Assembly: GCA_030141605.1 (NCBI GenBank)
Contig: JAQGDQ010000165.1
Coordinates: 372,001-436,000, forward strand
From: Tubiluchus corallicola
Taxonomy: Eukaryota; Animalia; Priapulida
DNA: 64,000 bases
Direction: 5' to 3'
Of the stretch, positions 1 through 14,300 are shown piece after piece. The translations under genes were made by a program, and so were the position numbers. A model generated the notes under the pieces. The model did not search any database and was not told the DNA's origin. It was given only the letters and a program-made list of their open reading frames with translations. The stretch's first letter is position 1; each line of letters starts with the position of its first letter.

Positions 1-90
1 AGCTGAACATATTTAAAAGCTAATATATTTTTCACCTTTATTATCATAAATCTTTACTTAATTAACGTCTAGCATAACGTCAGTCGTTCC

Positions 91-350
91 CGTCGACCGC
101 CCAATAAGCGTGCAAGATTTTTTCACACCCACGCAGAGCTTATTTAACGCGGTTCTTTCGGGACATTTAGCTGCAGCTGCATATTGCCGGGCATCTAATA
201 CTGTTATGAAAAATGCAGTCATTCCCGTCAACAGCCCAATCAGCGTGCAGGGTTTTTTCACACCCACGCAGAGCTTATTTAACGCGGTTCTTTCGGGACA
301 TTTACCTGCAGCTGCATATTGCCGGGCATCTAATACTGTTATAAAAAATG
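91..350. repeat. Tandem duplication, 135-bp unit x2
   Basis: ACGCAGAGCTT at 131 and 266. Confidence 0.85.
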
Positions 351-2246
351 CTCAACTTTTCATTAGTTAGCGGGAGAAATATTGGCCTGGTTCTAGATTT
401 CATTATTGTTGATTTAAATTGCCAGTGAATTGGTGGAAATATATAGTCTAGTTTTGTTTATTATAGGAAGAAATGCACAGCGCTTGAGTCTATGAGTTGC
501 TGATTAAATCATTTTGCTATCAATAAAACACACAGTTTAGTTGTGCTTATGACTTTGCAAGTTAGATAAAAAGCTGAAACAACCAATATGATTGAAAAGG
601 ATAAATTAACCTAACGAGGTTAGGCGATCATGATTAGACATTAGTTGTCACGTTGTTTACTAAAGACAGTTGTTATCCAGCGTGAGCTGCTGTCCCAAAT
701 ACCGCTAAGCAGGCTTACGTTACAGCGCACGCGGAGCGACAGACCAATATACTTGACGTCGATTAAGACGTGATGCGTGTCATAGATTAGAACGGACTTT
801 GGCATTTTCAGTTTTTGTCCTGTGCCATCAGTGTCGTTGATCAACATTTTTAGTACCTGCTTTTTGTGATACGAAAGCAACTTTTGACGAATTTGAAGTA
901 ATGCAGAGTATTTTAGCTTTCAGACTGTATTATGTCGGCTAAAAACCTTGTTGTTGGTGTGGAAACTTATTAGCGTCTGATACACAATAATGTAAATTTA
1001 TAAAAAAATAAGCTAGAATGCTACAACGTAACCCCCCTCCTGAGAACTGAAAACGAGTATTCCAGATCATTCTGATTTTCCAGGAAGATTCCCGAATAAC
1101 TTGACCTAAAAATGAAATATTAAGTGGCGTTTATGTAGCATCTGGGTGTGGGGAGTCGGTTTACAATGTACCCGTTTACGCAGCCTGAACGTGCATTTTT
1201 TTCCGCAGGTGGAAAACGCACCTGCATTGGCATCCGCGATTCCGGATGCTACGAAAATGCCACATTAGTCTGAATTTCTAATAAGACTAGCAAGCAGTTC
1301 AGTGAATAACTTGTAAAAAAAAGATCATAACACGCAATGATTCAGCAAACGAGCCACAGAGCCGTTTGTTACCATTTCAGATACAATCAATTTGTAAGCT
1401 GTAGCTAATATAAGACACTATAGTCTTTTTTTAAGCAAACATGTACACTAATGTAGTTTTTGAAGGTTCTTAGTAATTATTTCTCGTTAATCAGTCATTT
1501 AAAACATTGTAACTAGAACCAATTACATGTTCCAATTTCTTCGGGTTAATTAACTATATTAGCTACATAAAATTAAATTAAGTTTTATACATTGAATAGG
1601 AAAAACAGCTATGTCTTAGCTAGTTTTTTGTAGGACCTTTAATTTAAACTGTTTATTGATACGATATTTTCACTGTTTGATACACAGATTACATTAAAAT
1701 AATTCAACAGTGATTACATGCTGGGTTAATTGTTTATGGTAAATACTGTGTTTATGTTTAAAGCAAGACTTGTAATATAATTAATTTGTATAATAAAAAT
1801 AAAAACTATTGAACGTTTAATTGAGAAATCACTTATTTCTTAACAATGATTGACGAATCATTATCATTCACATTAAAATCTCATTCCATATCAGATACGT
1901 AATCAGTAGACATTGAATAAACAAACAGTTGTAAATTAATATAAAACTTTCAATTACTTGTGGTGTATTAGAAACAGTATTAAACTAGTTTCTACCTGGT
2001 TATTATTAATTACATGTATTTGCATAGAGCTTATATTCAAGCAGAGTGCTGTAATACCTTGCACCTGTTCGTTATGTGGTACTTATATAAAAGCTGGGGC
2101 CAGTAACTGCCTGTGGTGTGTTACAAAATGTGCCCTGGACATGAATATAAAAGCATACACATTTTGATTTTGATAAATCAATGTCATAAATAATGTCATA
2201 TTACCTTGTTGCTGTCTGTACTATAATACTACACGGTAGAGTCAAT

Positions 2247-2331
2247 TTATGAACCAGTAGATAAAGATTCCAGATACTGTAGTGCATTCTGCAGGGAAAT
2301 CAGACAATAGCCTTCTTCGCCCATTAAATAC
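2247..2331 (-). CDS. VPS9D1: VPS9D1 last coding exon ([27 protein letters not shown])
   Basis: GEEGYCL motif; TAA at 2249-2247. Confidence 0.92.
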
Positions 2332-5300
2332 CTGTGAGAAAATCATATTTCATCATTTTGCAATTGAATTTAAACGAATGCGGGTCATTTTTATTCTGTC
2401 TAGACCAGAGCCAGATTTAAGCCAATTAGGCAGATTCGTTCCTGAGCCCTGCGTCAAGGGGGGGGGGGGCACGCATGGTTAAGCGGAGAACGCTATGGTG
2501 AATTAATGATGCTTATGAGTGTCCAGGTTGCACGAAGTTTCTTGATACTGTGAACGCAGTGAAACTATTCAATCTGTCCTCATTTAAATTGGGTCCCGCG
2601 CCAAGAGGGGGGCACGCATGGTTGAGGAGAGGACGCTATGATGAATTAATGATGTTATGAGTGTCCAGGTTGCTTGAAGTTTCTTGATACTGTGAACGCA
2701 GTGAAACTATTCAATCTGTCCTAGTTTAAATTGGGTCCCGCGCCAAGAGGGGGGCACGCATGGTTGAGGAGAGGACGCTATGATGAATTAATGTTATGAG
2801 TGTCCAGGTTGCATGAAGTTTCTTGATACTGTGAATGCAGTGAAACTATTCAATCTGTCCTAGTTTAAATTGGGTCCCGCGCCAAGAGGGGGGCACATAT
2901 GATTGAGGAGAGGACGCTATGATGAATTAATGACGTTATGAGTGTCCAGGTTGCATGAAATAACACATCACTCTTCAGCCTTTAGGGCAGAGGGCCCCAA
3001 TAATTTTCTATTTGGGCCCTGCACTTCCTAGGGCCGGGCCTGGTCTAGACAGTACTTTAATCATTCAACTGTGATTACTGACTTTAATCATTCAACTCTG
3101 ATTATTGACAAGTTTTCACAAAATCTTTGCCAGCTTACAAACAAAAAACTAAACAATCGTTACACAATATTTTTGTGAGGGGTGAGCAGAGAATATTCGA
3201 GTTCAATTCGAATGAGTTTTTTGAGTTGAAATTCCATTCGAACCTAAATTGTAGATTCAAATAAGTCAGCAGCACTTCAACTAAATGTGTTGCTTGCAAA
3301 CCAAAATCGTCCACGAGTCGGTTACATTATGATGCTTCAAAGTAAAATGCACCAAAAATTTGGTCAAATGTCAATCTTTCATTTTTTATAAAAACAAATG
3401 CTAAATATATTGGACTTTTATATTCTAGCATCAAATTGTCAAGAAAATGTTTAAAAAATACCAAAAATCTAATTATATAACCCGGTACCCACTTTTCTGG
3501 CTAGAAACTAGTACTGAAATTGTAAAACTTGTATTTTCAAACTCAGATAGTAGCTTGTGAAAGCAGTCATTTTGCTTTGGGTTTTGCCAAGCCCAGATCT
3601 TCGTCAGGAAGAGCCATCTACTGCATTTCAACATAACTTCAAAGTGCTCTTGTAAAGTCTGTAGCAACCAACATTTGTGCGGTTGCTAAGTGCTTTGTAG
3701 AAATACAATGGCTGACTTTAACATTGATTTTCTCAAGATTATGTTTTTCAGTGTGCAGCCTGCACCTCAACTTCAATGTGGATTATCTCAGCTTAGAAAT
3801 AACATAGAGTGATGAACTTGGTATTAAAATGATCCTCATGAAATGGAGATTCAGGATGAGTGAATAACTAGAAAAACTTAATTGCTGACTTATGGATTAT
3901 TTTGCTATGCAAGTTCACATGATTTTTTCATTAAAACATTTCAAACATCAGCACAATTTAGCTGTGATTTCTGTACACAATTTTTAAACAAATTATTAGT
4001 ATTTTTACTGCAGAACAAAATCAAGTACTATGCATGATCTTTGTGAGACAACTTTTTTGCTAGAGATTTCAAAATCTTTGAAACTGAATTCGGATTAGAG
4101 TTCGAAATCCAGAAATTCAATTCGAGTTGAATTCGCTTTCTGATAGAGAATGCTGCTCAGCCCTAATTTTTACAGTTAACTGACACACTAATGAACGTAC
4201 TCATTCGCTTTCTGATAGAGAATGCTGCTCAGCCCTAATTTTTACAGTTAACTGACACACTAATGAACGTACTCATCGTGAATGAAATCCTCTACAGCTT
4301 GTAATTCCGCAATTAACAGAGGTAACTCACTGCGCACGATTACGTAACTCAGGATGGGTACAAGATCATCTGCACCACTGTAATGGAAAATAAAACAGAA
4401 ATGAATTAAATCAACGCAGTTTAGGATGGGCACAAGATCATCTGCACCACTGTAATGGAAAATAAAACAGACATGAATTAAATCAACGTAGTTTAGAATG
4501 GGCATAAGATCGTCTGCAGCACTGTAATGGAAAATAAAACAGAAATGCATTAAATCAACGTAGTTTAGAATGGGCACAAGATCACCTGCACCACTGTAAT
4601 GGAAAATAAAACAGAAATGAATTAAATCAACATAGCTTAGGACTGGCACAAGATCTTCTGCAACACTGTAATGGAAAATAAAACAGAAATGAATTAAATC
4701 AACATAGCTTAGGATGGGCACAAGATCGTCTGCACCACTGTAATGAAAAATAAAACAGACATGAATTAAATCAACGTAGTTTAGAATGCGCACAAGATCG
4801 TCTGCACCACTGTAATGGAAAATAAAACAGACATGAATTAAATCAACGTAGTTTAGAATGGGCACAAGATCGTCTGCACCACTGTAATGGAAAATAAAAC
4901 AGACATGAATTAAATCAACGTAGTTCAGGATGGGCACAGGCTTATCGGCACCAGAGTAATGAGAAATAAAATAGAAAAGAATTAAATCAACATAGCTTAG
5001 GATGGGCACAAGATCGTCTGCACCACTGTAATGAAAAATAAAACAGACATGAATTAAATCAACGCAGTTTAGGATGGGCACAAGATCGTCTGCACCACTG
5101 TAATGGAAAATAAAACAGACATGAATTAAATCAACGTAGTTTAGAATGGGCACAAGATCGTCTGCACCACTGTAATGGAAAATAAAACAGACATGAATTA
5201 AATCAACGTAGTTCAGGATGGGCACAGGCTTATCGGCACCAGAGTAATGAGAAATAAAATAGAAAAGAATTAAATCAACATAGCTTAGGATGGGCACAAG

Positions 5301-8300
5301 ATCGTCTGCACCACTGTAATGAAAAATAAAACAGACATGAATTAAATCAACGCAGTTTAGGATGGGCACAAGATCGTCTGCACCACTGTAATGGAAAATA
5401 AAACAGACATGAATTAAATCAACGTAGTTTAGAATGGGCACAAGATCGTCTGCACCACTGTAATGGAAAATAAAACAGACATGAATTAAATCAACGTAGT
5501 TCAGGATGGGCACAGGCTTATCGGCACCAGAGTAATGAGAAATAAAATAGAAAAGAATTAAATCAACATAGCTTAGGATGGGCACAAGATCGTCTGCACC
5601 ACTGTAATGGAAAATAAAACAGACACGCATTGCTGTAAGAAACACGCTACGAATGGTACAAAAAGTTAGATACACGATGTTTACACTTCATTTGAACTAC
5701 CTGAACAGCTGAAATTTTTTGGCAATTTTTAACATCTAAGAGGAAAAAAGGTAAGCTGGATAAATACTACTAAAACCTTGAGAAAATGCTTACAAAATTT
5801 TCGGCTATGAAACTTATATTATATACATACACATATATATATATATATATATAATTTTTATTTGCCATTAAAATACATTGATAATCACTGATAAAAACTT
5901 TACAAAGATGATCAATCAGTGTTAGTTAATAAAAACTTGCACTGCTGAAGGCGAATGCATCAGTGCAATCTAAACTACTGTGCAGTAATGGAAAGTAACG
6001 ACGAATAAAATCAAACATATTTACAACTATGCACAAAAAAATGAAAAAATTATGATTTAATTAATACCACCGTGGATGTATAAATTCTGAATTAGTGTGT
6101 ATGTTGTCATGCTGGTGTGATGGTATTTCATATCTGGTTAATATTAGTGATTTTAATTTTGTTTTAAATGCTGATAGGGACTTGATTTGTTTAACCTGTT
6201 AATAATGATTTTCAACGAAAACGAAACTGAACCAAAAGTGCAATTATCGGCAAACGGAAACCAAATTTTCGTATTCGTAACATCCCTGCTGACGCCAAAA
6301 ACAATGATGAAAAATGACGTGTAAAAACACGCAAGACAAAAACAATGTAAAACTGAACTTGCCAAAAACAATGATGAAAAATGACATGTAAAAACACGCA
6401 AGACAAAAACAATGTAAAACTGAACTTGCCAAAAACAATGATGAAAAATGACGTGTAAAAACACGCAAGACAAAAACAATGTAAAACTGAACTTGGCAAA
6501 AACAATGATGAAAAATGACGTGTAAAAACACGCAAGACAAAAACAATGTAAAACTGAACTTGGCAAAAACACTGATGAAAAATGACGTGTAAAAACACGC
6601 AAGACAAAAACAATGTAAAACTGAACTTGGCAAAAACAATGATGAAAAATGACGTGTAAAAACACGCAAGACAAAAACAATGTAAAACTGAACTTGCCAA
6701 AAACAATGATGAAAAATGACGTGTAAAAACAAGCAAGACAAAAACAATGTAAAACTGAACTTGCCAAAAACACTGATGAAAAATGACGTGTAAAAACATG
6801 CAAGACGAAAACAATGTAAAACTGAACTTGTGTTATTAGTAAAACTTACATTGAATTCCCCTGATGCTGTTGTCCTTTTGCACTAAAGTACTCATCAACA
6901 TTCATGCATATAATCTTGCATACTTGTACTGTGAGATACAAAGAAACAAATACAATAGTTTAAAAGTTGTTAATTATGTTATAAAGACAGACAGAATGCC
7001 CATCACGACTGTCTGTCCATCTGTGCATTGCCTGCCTTCGTTTGCAGTGGTCACAATGGCTTTTTAATTTATATAGTTTGGCATTTTAACAAAACCAAAT
7101 TTAGAATATTCACTTGAATTTAAAAGAAAACAAGACCCAATCTTAAACTGTAAGTCAAAATAATCTACTCCTTAAAATATTGAAAGGAAACGTACTATTT
7201 TTTCAAGAATGACTTACGTGAAAGAATTATTGCCACACAAACACAATTTCGCATTCGTGCCACTAGTTCTTCGCTGTTACATGCATTTCGCCATTCGCTA
7301 GTTAGATGGGCACTAGCACCTGAATTTTGGAAATGCATTGCACAAAAAACAAGCGATGTACCTCTCAATTTAGATGTGTTTTGTCGACTCCCAGTTTAGA
7401 GGTGTCTTGTTCACTCTCAATCTAGAGGTGTTAGTTTGTGACGTAGTGCACAGCTTCGACAGCTCTTGCATAAGCACAGCAGTAAATTATAAACTTGAAT
7501 TTTTATCTTAAAACTTGTCTAGTTTTAGTTTAACACAATGAATCTCTTACAGTAGCAGTGTACTTCAATTTTCGTTTTCACAAACACGTGCAACACAATA
7601 TTTTTACTGTTGAGATTTATGTTAGTTTGTGATGTCATCAATAATTGGGCTCGCTCCCCGTTATCATTTAATTAACAGAAACGCTTTTGCAGTATTAATC
7701 GTGTTAAAATTATACTTTATATCAGACTTGAAAATGGGGGGGGGGGTGTATGAAAAATCATCCTGTCCTCTTTTAATTACCACAGGTGAAAAGTTCACTA
7801 ATAGACAAAGATTTGTTGTCAGAATTTTAGAAATACTTACCAATGATTTCTAATTTGCTGAGAGGACAAATACAATTGATAAGCTTTCTCAGTTCAAAGA
7901 TGGCAGCACTGTACGGTATCTCCTCACTATCTAATAAACTCAACTTCTTCTTCACGGTTAGGTGATAAGGCAATGCACCTTGGTACAGCGTCATGGTTTT
8001 TGCCAAATTTATTTCCCTCGATTTGTAGACCAACCTGTGCAAGAAAATAGTTAGTAACTTTTATTTCAACTCAAAAGATTTAGTGTCTACTCACTAATAG
8101 CTACTGCAGTTATTTGCAGGAGCGTATCAAGACTCCCTAGGCTGATACTTCTGTCCTGCCAATCTTTATTGCAAATTTATGGTTGCTTATATAATAAGCA
8201 ATTTAAACAATTACTTGTGGTGTATTAGAAATATTATTAAACTAGTTTCTATGTGGTTATTATTAATTACATGTATTTGCACAGCGCTTACATTCAAGCA

Positions 8301-11300
8301 AGCTGCGAAGCTTGTTGTGTAATACCTTAGACCTGTTCATTATGTGGTACTTATAGAAAAGCTGGATGCAGTAACTGCTTGTGGTGTGTTACAAAATGTG
8401 CCCTTTACATGAATATAAAAGTATACACATCTCTATTGTGAATTTATATGGTTATTTATATAATAAGCAAATTAAACAATTACTTGTGGTGCATTAGAAA
8501 TATTATTAAACTAGTTTCTACGTGGTTATTATTAATTACATGTATTTGCATAGCACTTATATTCAAGCAGGCTGCGATGCCTATTGTGAATTTATGGTTG
8601 TTTGCTATAGTAATTTCACATGACTGCAAATAATGCAATTACAAGTTTCACTGTTGTGCCTGATTAACTTGCTGGCTATTGAGAAATTCACTTTTCACAC
8701 AATATTCATTAATTTTATTACAATGAGAATCTGCGGGTAAAAACAACCAGCGGATCTATTATTAAGAGGGGTTCTTATTGTAACGATCAATGCACCAATG
8801 CTGGTTAAATCATGTAAATTAAACATTTTATTCATAATTCTACTATTAATTTCTTTCTCTTTGTTTGAAACATCTATCTTTCTTACCAATGTCTGGCTAG
8901 ACTTGCTAGCGATCTCTCCTCTGCCAAGCTCTGCATGGAGCGACCTTGAGACAATTTCATGTAGTATTGATGTGGTTGCTATAGCAACAGGTTAGAGACA
9001 AAATTACTTGGCATAAAGTTTAAACGCCGCTGTCACTTGATGCAAACGGCTAGAATTTAGTACATGGTCAGTCGGGAAGCAAAAACATTATAATAATTGC
9101 ACTGTTTACGTTACTAATACATTTTTAGAACAAAATAAAGCAATATGTACCATTTTAATGCTTCAAATTTGCGAAAAAAAAGTTGTTGATAAAATAAAAA
9201 TGGCCGTGAGCAAGGTAAAAAATTCGTCGTTAAACGAAACTGTGCGTCATTAAGTGAGGAAAAGGTGTCAACTAATAGTACTACTTTCACATCGTGAGCA
9301 AGGTAAAAAATTCGTCGTTAAACGAAACTGTGCGTCATTAAGTGAGGAAAAGGTGTCAACTAATAGTACTACTTTCACATCGTGAGCAAGGTAAAAAATT
9401 CGTCGTTAAACGAAACTGTGCGTCATTAAGTGAGGAAAAGATGTCAACTAATAGTAGTACTTTCACATTTTTGCTTCAAGATCATTTTTGGGTTTTGTGC
9501 GTTTTCTGTAAATTTAAGTAAATGAAGTATTTTCATGGTGTACCGGCTGATTTTCCTGAAGCAGTTATTTTATTTAACTATTGAACTAAACTAAATGATT
9601 AAGTTGAACATTTTACAAATAATCAGGTGAGTATTAACCAAATAGGCTAATCAAAATCAAAATGTGTATACTTTTATATTCATGTAAAGAGCACATTTTG
9701 TAACACACCACAGGCAGTTACTGACCGCAGCTCTTATATAAGTACCAGATAACGAACAGGTGTAAGGTATTACACAACAAGCATCGCAGCCTGCTTGAAT
9801 ATAAGTGCTATGCAAATACATGTAATTAATAATAACCATGTAAAAACTAGTTTAATACTGTTTCTAATACACCACAAGTAATTGTTGACTTTGCTTATTA
9901 TATAAACAGCCATAAATTCACAATAGAGATGTGTATACTTTATACTCCCTCTCCCTCTCTCTCTTGCCGCACGCGCGCCGTTTGCCAGTATTGACAAGTA
10001 TTAAGGACTGGTCTTGAGAATAAAGCAGTTTTTCTTTCAATTGTTCTTTTCTTTAACAACTGTATAACTCCATATTTTCTCTTCGACCGGCATTCTAGCA
10101 GTTCAAAAATTTTCAGGGCGCCCCGAGGGGGCCTTACACGCCCGACTTCCCCGGGCCTCGCTTAGACTGAAATAGGCCCTGATAATCGTAAATAAAAATG
10201 TGCAACGCCGCACACTTGACAAATACAATTATCCGAGATCTCTGTCTAAATTAAAACACGAACCTGATTACCTGAACAACGGTAACAAATACGGCCACAG
10301 TCTCTCCAGAAAAGGTTGTTCTATTGAAGCGTGTACTTGATCGCGACCAATCGGTGTATCTAACTGCTCATACGCTAAAATAAACAATTCATACAAGCGA
10401 TCCATGTAGAGTCGAACGTCATTAATGATATTCTTTGAATGTCGCATCAAAGCTTCTTCTTCCAGGGAGCAGAGACCGTGACGCGTATCCTGGAAACGAA
10501 AATAAATGTAATTCGCACCAGCAAAGCTTGATCCTTCTACAGTAAGTCCTCGCTTAACGACGCTAATGCGTTCCAGCAAAACACGGCGTTAAGTGAAACG
10601 TCGTTAAACGAAACTGTGCGTCATTAAGTGAGGAAAAGGTGTCAACTGTTCAGAGTGGTTAAGCGTCCCGGGACTTCACTGTATGTATAATAAAAATAAT
10701 TAACAGTTCAAACTAATTTTAATGTTAATAATTAAATTAACAGTAGCTAAGTACACAGAAGAAAGCTATTATAACAGCTAATGTCCATAAATGTCTGTAC
10801 TTTCCGTTCATAAGTTTTTTTGTATATTTGTTAGCCTACAATACTTACTTTTTAAAAATTATTCAAAATTTTTTTAAAATTTTCTTAATTTTTTTTGATA
10901 CATTTGCTAAGTTTAAGTGATACGTTTAGGTAAAAACACAACATACTGAGTGACTTGTTCTTTCCTTTAAATTTCGTACCTTGACCTCCTCACTGCTGGG
11001 TGATTCCTCAGCTGCCGTATCACCTGTAAGTTGCCTGACTAGCCTACTGCCTTTCTCTAAAGCCTTTTCCGCATCATCTATAGATGAAGCTACCGCATCT
11101 GCAAGATCACTACCGTCATCACCGGTCCCAGCATCACCAGGCACATGCAAATGATCACCAGACTCTAGTAGCTCCGTGTTTTGATTGGTAGGTGGACTGG
11201 AATCATCGTCAGTGAGCCGTCGATCGTCATGAACATCGTCGTCACCGTCGTCATCATCATCATCATCGTCATCGTCGCTGGATGAGTTATGTCGATGAAG

Positions 11301-14300
11301 TGCGCTCCCTGGTTCTATGCCACAAAACGGCACCCGAACGTAAAAGCATTCATTCAATCTGTCCACAACTAACGGTTTTAATTTGTCGTATATGACATAC
11401 TGGTATTTCCTAAGAAGCTGGCACAGTGGATGGCCATCCGTACTGTAACGTAAAAAATTCCTTATTACATGTGTAACTGCACTAGCCGTACGTTGGGATT
11501 GAGGTGGGTTGCTACATTGCTACTTGAGGTGGGATTGAGGTGGGTTGCTACGCCTTCAAGGGGTGAAAAACTATTTTAACGCAGAAACACAGTGAAGATC
11601 TGTAATCAGATTACCCAAACGTCTTTACGGCTACAGAACAGGTGAAGACATATGATGGCATTCGCAAACATAGCTCCGTACAAACGTCCCGTAATTACTA
11701 ACATATTCCCTGTATTTACTACATAAATTCACTGTATAACTAATGTATTCACCGTATTTACTACACAAATTCATCATATTACTAAAGTATTCAATGTATT
11801 TGCTGCATAAATTCACTGTATTACTAACGTATTCACCGTATTTACTACACAAATTCATCATATTACTAAAGTATTCAATGTATTTGCTGCATAAATTCAC
11901 TGTATTACTAACGTATTCACCTTATTTACTACATAAATTCACTATATTACTAATGTATTCACTGTATTACTAACCTATTCACCGTATTTACTACATAAAT
12001 TCACTATATTACTAATGTATTCACCTTATTTACTACATAAATTCACTATATTACTAATGTATTCAACGTATTTACTACATAAATTCACTATATTACTAAT
12101 GTATTCAACGTATTTACTACATAAATTCACTATATTACTAATGTATTCAACGTATTTACTACATAAATTCACTATATTACTAATGTATTCACCTTATTTA
12201 CTACATAAATTCACTATATTGCTAATGTATTCAACGTATTTACTACATAAATTCACTATATTACTAATGTATTCACCTTATTTACTACATAAATTCACTA
12301 TATTACTAATGTATTCACCTTATTTACTACATAAATTCACTATATTACTAATGTATTCACCGTATTTACTACATAAATTCACTATATTACTAATGTATTC
12401 ACCGTATTTACTACATAAATTCACTATATTACTAATGTATTCACCGTATTTACTACATAAATTACTATATTACTAATGTATTCACCGTATTTACTACATA
12501 AATTCACTATATTACTAATGTATTCAACTTATTTACTACATAAATTCACTATATTACTAATGTATTCACCGTATTTACTACATATTCACTATATTACTAA
12601 TGTATTCACCGTATTTACTACATAAATTCACTATATTACTAATGTATTCACCTTATTTACTACATAAATTCACTATATTACTAATGTATTCACCGTATTT
12701 ACTACATAAATTCACTATATTACTAATGTATTCACCTTATTTACTACATAAATTCACTATATTACTAATGTATTCACCCAAACGTGAAATTGTGTGTGTG
12801 GTAATAATTCTTTCACGCAAGTCATTTTTGAAAAAATAGTTTGTTTTCTTTCAATATTTCAAAGTGTAAATTGTTTTGACCTGCAGTTTAAGATTGGGTT
12901 CAATTTTGTTTTAAATAGCATCTTGACTTCTTTTACTGTCATGACTGGACATTGTACTTCTTTTACTGTCATGACTGTACAATGTACTTCTTTTACTGCC
13001 ATGACTGTACAATGTACTTCTTTTACTGCCATGACTGTTCATTGTACTTCTTTTACTGTCATGACTGTACATTGTACTTCTTTTACTGTCATGACTGGAC
13101 ATTGTACTTCTTTTACTGTCATGACTGTACATTGTACTTCTTTTACTGTCATGACTGTACAATGTACTTCTTTTACTGCCATGACTGTTCATTGTACTTC
13201 TTTTACTGTCATGACTGTACATTGTACTTCTTTTACTGTCATGACTGTACATTGTACTTCTTTTACTGCCATGACTGTTCATTGTACTTCTTTTACTGTC
13301 ATGACTGTACATTGTACTTCTTTTACTGTCATGACTGTACATTGTACTTCTTTTACTGTCATGACTGTACATTGTACTTCTTTTACTGTCATGACTGTAC
13401 ATTGTACTTCTTTTACTGTCATGACTGTACATTGTACTTCTTTTACTGTCATGACTGTACATTGTACTTCTTTTACTGTCATGACTGTACATTGTACTTC
13501 TTTTACTGTCATGACTGTACATTGTACTTCTTTTACTGTCATGACTGTACATTGTACTTCTTTTACTGTCATGACTGTACATTGTACTTCTTTTACTGTC
13601 ATGACTGTACATTGTACTTCTTTTACTGTCATGACTGTACATTGTACTTCTTTTACTGTCATGACTGGACATTGTACTTCTTTTACTGCCATGACTGTAT
13701 ATTGTACTTCTTTTACTGTCGTGACTGTACATTGTACTTCTTTTACTGTTATGACTGTACATTGTACTTCTTTTACTGTCATGACTGGACATTGTACTTC
13801 TTTTACTGTCATGACTGGACATTGTACTTCTTTTACTGTCATGACTGTACATTGTACTTCTTTTACTGTCATGACTGTACATTGTACTTCTTTTACTGTT
13901 ATGACTGTACATTGTACTTCTTTTACTGTCATGACTGGACATTGTACTTCTTTTACTGTCATGACTGTACATTGTACTTCTTTTACTGTCATGACTGTAC
14001 ATTGTACTTCTTTTACTGTCGTGACTGTACATTGTACTTCTTTTACTGTCGTGACTGTACATAGTACTTCTTTTACTGTCATGACTGTACATTGTACTTC
14101 TTTTACTGTCATGACTGGACATTGTACTTCTTTTACTGTCATGACTGTACATTGTACTTCTTTTACTGTCGTGACTGTACATTGTACTTCTTTTACTGTC
14201 ATGACTGTACATTGTACTTCTTTTACTGTCGTGACTGTACATTGTACTTCTTTTACTGTCATGACTGGACATTGTACTTCTTTTACTGTCGTGACTGTAC

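Noticed and set aside
6153-6814. Hydrophobic ORFs in three frames
   Set aside because: Translation of the 67-bp minisatellite
11631-12839. [14 protein letters not shown] repeat ORFs
   Set aside because: 42-bp minisatellite
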